From contig CDMY01000292.1 in the NCBI GenBank assembly GCA_001179505.1, positions 1 to 64,000 on the forward strand: a stretch of DNA of 64,000 nucleotides, in the 5' to 3' direction. The notes beneath the pieces are model-generated. The model worked only from the letters and a program-made list of their open reading frames with translations. It ran no database searches and was not told where the DNA came from. This DNA is from Vitrella brassicaformis CCMP3155 (Eukaryota; Protista; Chromerida). Made by a program: the position numbers and the translations under genes. Of the stretch, positions 60,804 through 64,000 are shown in pieces (positions within the stretch are counted from its first letter, which is position 1; each line of letters begins with the position of its first letter).

Positions 60804-61856
60804 GCGTCGTCGTCGCATCAGATGCCCCCCACCACTCCCCAGCCCGCCCCTCCGGCAGTCTTCTCTCTGCCCGACCTTGCCATCACCAGGGCGGCAGAAC
60901 TCCGTCGGTGCATCGTCAGATTGCCGCAGGCCGAGGCCAGCACCGCGCTCACACTCGTCGAGCAGCGCATAGAGGAGGCCATCGGTCGTCTGGGGCTCGA
61001 GGACGTCCTGGTCTTCGACGTCGGTGGTCTGGAGGACGGCTGGAAGGTGGTGCATCTGCTGGAGGAGGGCAGTGGCGGAGAGTGGCGGGCGATGGGGCGG
61101 TTCATTCGGCTGGCCGCCATCTATCGGCTCACACCCAATGCAACTCTGCCCCTGCGGCTGTCGGCTGATGCGCTGCCCTCCCCAACAGCCCTCCGACAGC
61201 TGCCCCTCATCATGGCCCTCTACAAGACCATCGGCCATCGCCTCACCCACCAGGGGACCAGCCTGGCGCTGCAGCAAGACAACAATGATGGGGCGTATCG
61301 GATCGGCGATGCGTCGTTCCGTGTGGTGCCGTTGAGTGACCTGACGGCCAACCATCCCTATCGCAGCGGCTACCAGACCACCGATCCCGTCATCCGCCGA
61401 GACGACTACCTCTACCGCTCCTTCTCGTCATTCCTCCTGCGCACGGTGCTCGAGCGGTGGTGCCATGATGAGGGGATGGGCCGCAGGTGGGTGCTGCACG
61501 CTCACATCGGCAGGAATGACCCCCGCTATCGCCGTCTGCTGGCCGAGGCCATCAGCGAGAAGCAGCAGGGGGCCATCGCTGCGGACTTTCGCGTAGACGT
61601 CGGCAACCTGAATCATACCAATCCTGACGACAGTCGTCGTGTGATCGTGAGCGGCTTCCGGCCCAACGAGGACGTCGCTGCCTATCTGAGTGTGAGTGAT
61701 GGCTACATCTTTCTGTACAGGACCGAGCGGTCTGTTGGCGATCGGTCTCAGCCGCTGGCCGTCCGGTTCCCTACATCGATGCCCCGCTGGCGTCCCGTGC
61801 TGAGTCACTTCGAGCTGGTGGATGACGTCATCAACAGAGGGACGGTGCTGGGATGA
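60801..61856 (+). CDS. Intronless lineage-specific family protein, subtype B, about 351 aa
   Basis: Single ORF from ATG 60801 (MASSSHQMPPTT...). Paralogue of 45340-46427, with a 12-codon shorter N-terminal segment. Confidence 0.85.
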   Translation: MASSSHQMPPTTPQPAPPAVFSLPDLAITRAAELRRCIVRLPQAEASTALTLVEQRIEEAIGRLGLEDVLVFDVGGLEDGWKVVHLLEEGSGGEWRAMGRFIRLAAIYRLTPNATLPLRLSADALPSPTALRQLPLIMALYKTIGHRLTHQGTSLALQQDNNDGAYRIGDASFRVVPLSDLTANHPYRSGYQTTDPVIRRDDYLYRSFSSFLLRTVLERWCHDEGMGRRWVLHAHIGRNDPRYRRLLAEAISEKQQGAIAADFRVDVGNLNHTNPDDSRRVIVSGFRPNEDVAAYLSVSDGYIFLYRTERSVGDRSQPLAVRFPTSMPRWRPVLSHFELVDDVINRGTVLG

Positions 61857-62429
61857 GGGACAGATGTGTGTGTGTGTGTATGCGGTGAGATGGGGCTGAA
61901 TGTGTTAGTCGTGAGAGGGCACTGATCAGTTCACGGAATGGAATGGGTGTCACGTTTCGTTTTATGCAGACTCATCTGCTCACTGTGCATCAGTGAATTT
62001 ATGCTTTTGAATGGCCGAACTAAGACAGACATCCGACACCGTTGATTGAACACCGTGCAGTGCACTAACGGTCTCGCCACTGAGTTGCTGTCGACGCATT
62101 TGTCCGTCTTTAGCTGACTGACTTCATTGCCAGACTCTCACACCTCAGAGATGAAGGAAGCTTCACTTCCATTCGTCCTAGCTCTTCTTCTCTCTATCAG
62201 ATTCTCACCTACACAGACGCCCTCCCAGGGAATCACCCAAACCAATATGAGACGGTATCCACAAACACCACACCGCAGCGACACCCTCGCCAAATCAATC
62301 ACTCTCTCATCGGATATGGCCGGCCGGTCAGGAAAAGGGGGAACAAGACACTCTCAAACCTTCTCTGTCGGCTGTTCTCGCTTGCTGTGCTGTACATCAC
62401 ACCCCTCTACCTACATAATGGCTTCACAG

Positions 62430-63990
62430 TCAGCTGTCTGCTAGCTGACTAACAGGGGCCCAAATCGCCCCCCTTCCCGCCGTGTTGCGGACCTCACTCT
62501 CGCCATCCCTCTTCGTCTCCATCTCATTGCTCACCGGCGGCGGCCTCTCACCGCTGCCCCCCACACGCACACGAGCCCGCGCCTTTCTCGGCTGCCCATC
62601 GTCTAGGCCGTTGCTCATTGTCACGTTGCTGTTAGCCAGCATTGTTGGCGCACCGACAGCAGCAGCACCACCACCAGCAGCGTAAGGGGTGGTGAGTGGT
62701 GAGGGGAACATCCGGCCTCCCAGCAGGTCAAGCAGGAGAGCCTGCTGCAGCTGCTGGATCTGCGCGGCGTTGAGAGAGCCGGCATCAGCGAAGAAGGCCG
62801 ACACCTTGTCGTTGAGCTCTTTCTCCAGCTGGCGCAGGCCCTCCTGCTGCATGGACAGCGACCCCATCACCCTTGGGTCGAGCAGAAAGGACGGCACAGA
62901 GGGGAAGGAGGGGAACGGACTGACGGCCGAGGGCATCAACAGAGGCGACACTGATGCCATTCCGGGGGCGAAGAAGGGGGATGATGCTGCTGCTGGTGTG
63001 GTTGTGTTGTCGCCGTCGCTGCCCTCGCCAAACCGCCTTCTGGAGAGGCTGAGGCGCTTCTGGCTGCCCTCCCTGAACGACCGGGACGAGTCGTGCGTCC
63101 GCAGCAACGTCGCCCTCCGCTCTCGAATTGCAGGCGGGCTCGACCTGCTGCTGCCGCTGGTGCCCCGCTGCTCATCGGTCTCTTCTCGCCGTTGCTCACT
63201 CGTAGCATCCTCATGGTTGTTGCCGGCAGCAGCAGCAGCAGCAGCGGGAGGGTCGCTCCGTTGCCTCTCTGCCGACCTGTTTCTCTTCGGGTGTCTTCTG
63301 AGGGACCTGCTGAGGGTCTGGGAGACCTGCTGAATGCGGTCCTTGAGTGTTGGGGCGGCGGGTCGGGCTGATGACGGCTCGCGCGCAAAGCGCTTCCACG
63401 AGAGGGAGGGGGCTTGCGCAGCTCTGAACGAACCAACGAGGGAAGGACAATGGGACAGATGGACACACAGCTCTCTTCGGCAGATGTTGTAGAGTTCTTC
63501 TCACCTGTCGGTGACGGATTGCGATTGCTCATACGCATGGATGGGTGGGTATTTCCTGTGGGCCGCGGTGGCGGGGGCCGTGTCGTAGACCATGTCGGCG
63601 AGGGCGTTGAGTTGGTGGGCATCCATGCCCTCTGGCAGGTTGTGCAGCAGCTCGCTGATGTCGTCTTCGTACGAGTAGAGCTCACTGGCGCTCTCCTCAT
63701 CCAGCAACATGCCACCCTGACGACAGAAACGCAAAATGGATGTGCTGCTGCACATCCCACCCTCTCTCTCTCTCTAGCGGTGTGTGTGAGTTGGCCACCC
63801 ACCCGTGGCTGCAGTTGCATGGCCTTCTCGAACTCTCGTCTGGCCCGCCGCCTGCCGATGACGCCGCGGACAGTGCGGATGACGGGAGGAGCCACCACCA
63901 ACGCACCCACACCACCTGGACCAGTGCACACACATGGGTCAGCTTCGGTACAGGTGTGTCATGTCCGGCCAGCTGCTTACCGATGGCGAG
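62430..63990 (-). CDS. 3' part of a spliced hypothetical protein (5' end beyond the window)
   Basis: Exons VAPPVIRTVRGVIGRRRARREFEKAMQLQPR | GGMLLDEESASELYSYEDDISELLHNLPEGMDAHQLNALADMVYD | ...QQEGLRQLEKELNDKVSAFFADAG, separated by GT/CA-rich introns. No family recognised. Confidence 0.6.
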
Positions 63991-64000
63991 CACTCTGACA

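Noticed and set aside
1-64000. CRISPR arrays, rRNA, tRNA, autonomous transposases
   Set aside because: None recognised by eye. tRNAscan-SE, Infernal and a repeat-protein search would be needed to exclude them formally.

Overview
Left end of a eukaryotic chromosome: a TTTAGGG-type telomere (1-149) followed by about 64 kb of GC-rich, intron-dense, microsatellite-rich DNA with four 300-N gaps. The telomere type, the plastid-targeted ChlP, the (CA/GT)n-laden introns and the ankyrin-repeat style suggest a photosynthetic alveolate (chromerid, most likely Vitrella brassicaformis); this is inference, not a database match. All gene models were spliced by eye, so exon boundaries are approximate. Recognisable genes: Acinus-like RRM splicing factor, geranylgeranyl reductase chlP, RPL38, a membrane-bound hybrid histidine kinase, a large receptor (PhnD-like solute-binding domain + Cys-rich repeats + multi-TM), an SLX4-like scaffold, an aquaporin with NPS/NPC motifs, a secreted protein of a bacterial hypothetical family, WBP11, a coiled-coil protein and a probable ankyrin-TPR-pseudoSET giant. 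The most notable unexplained structure is a dispersed family of four intronless ~350-aa genes. They have interchangeable N-termini (one type F-box-like), patchwork C-terminal domains and shared or shuffled upstream DNA cassettes. The chromosome end appears to have been healed by telomere addition inside the last codons of a fifth copy.
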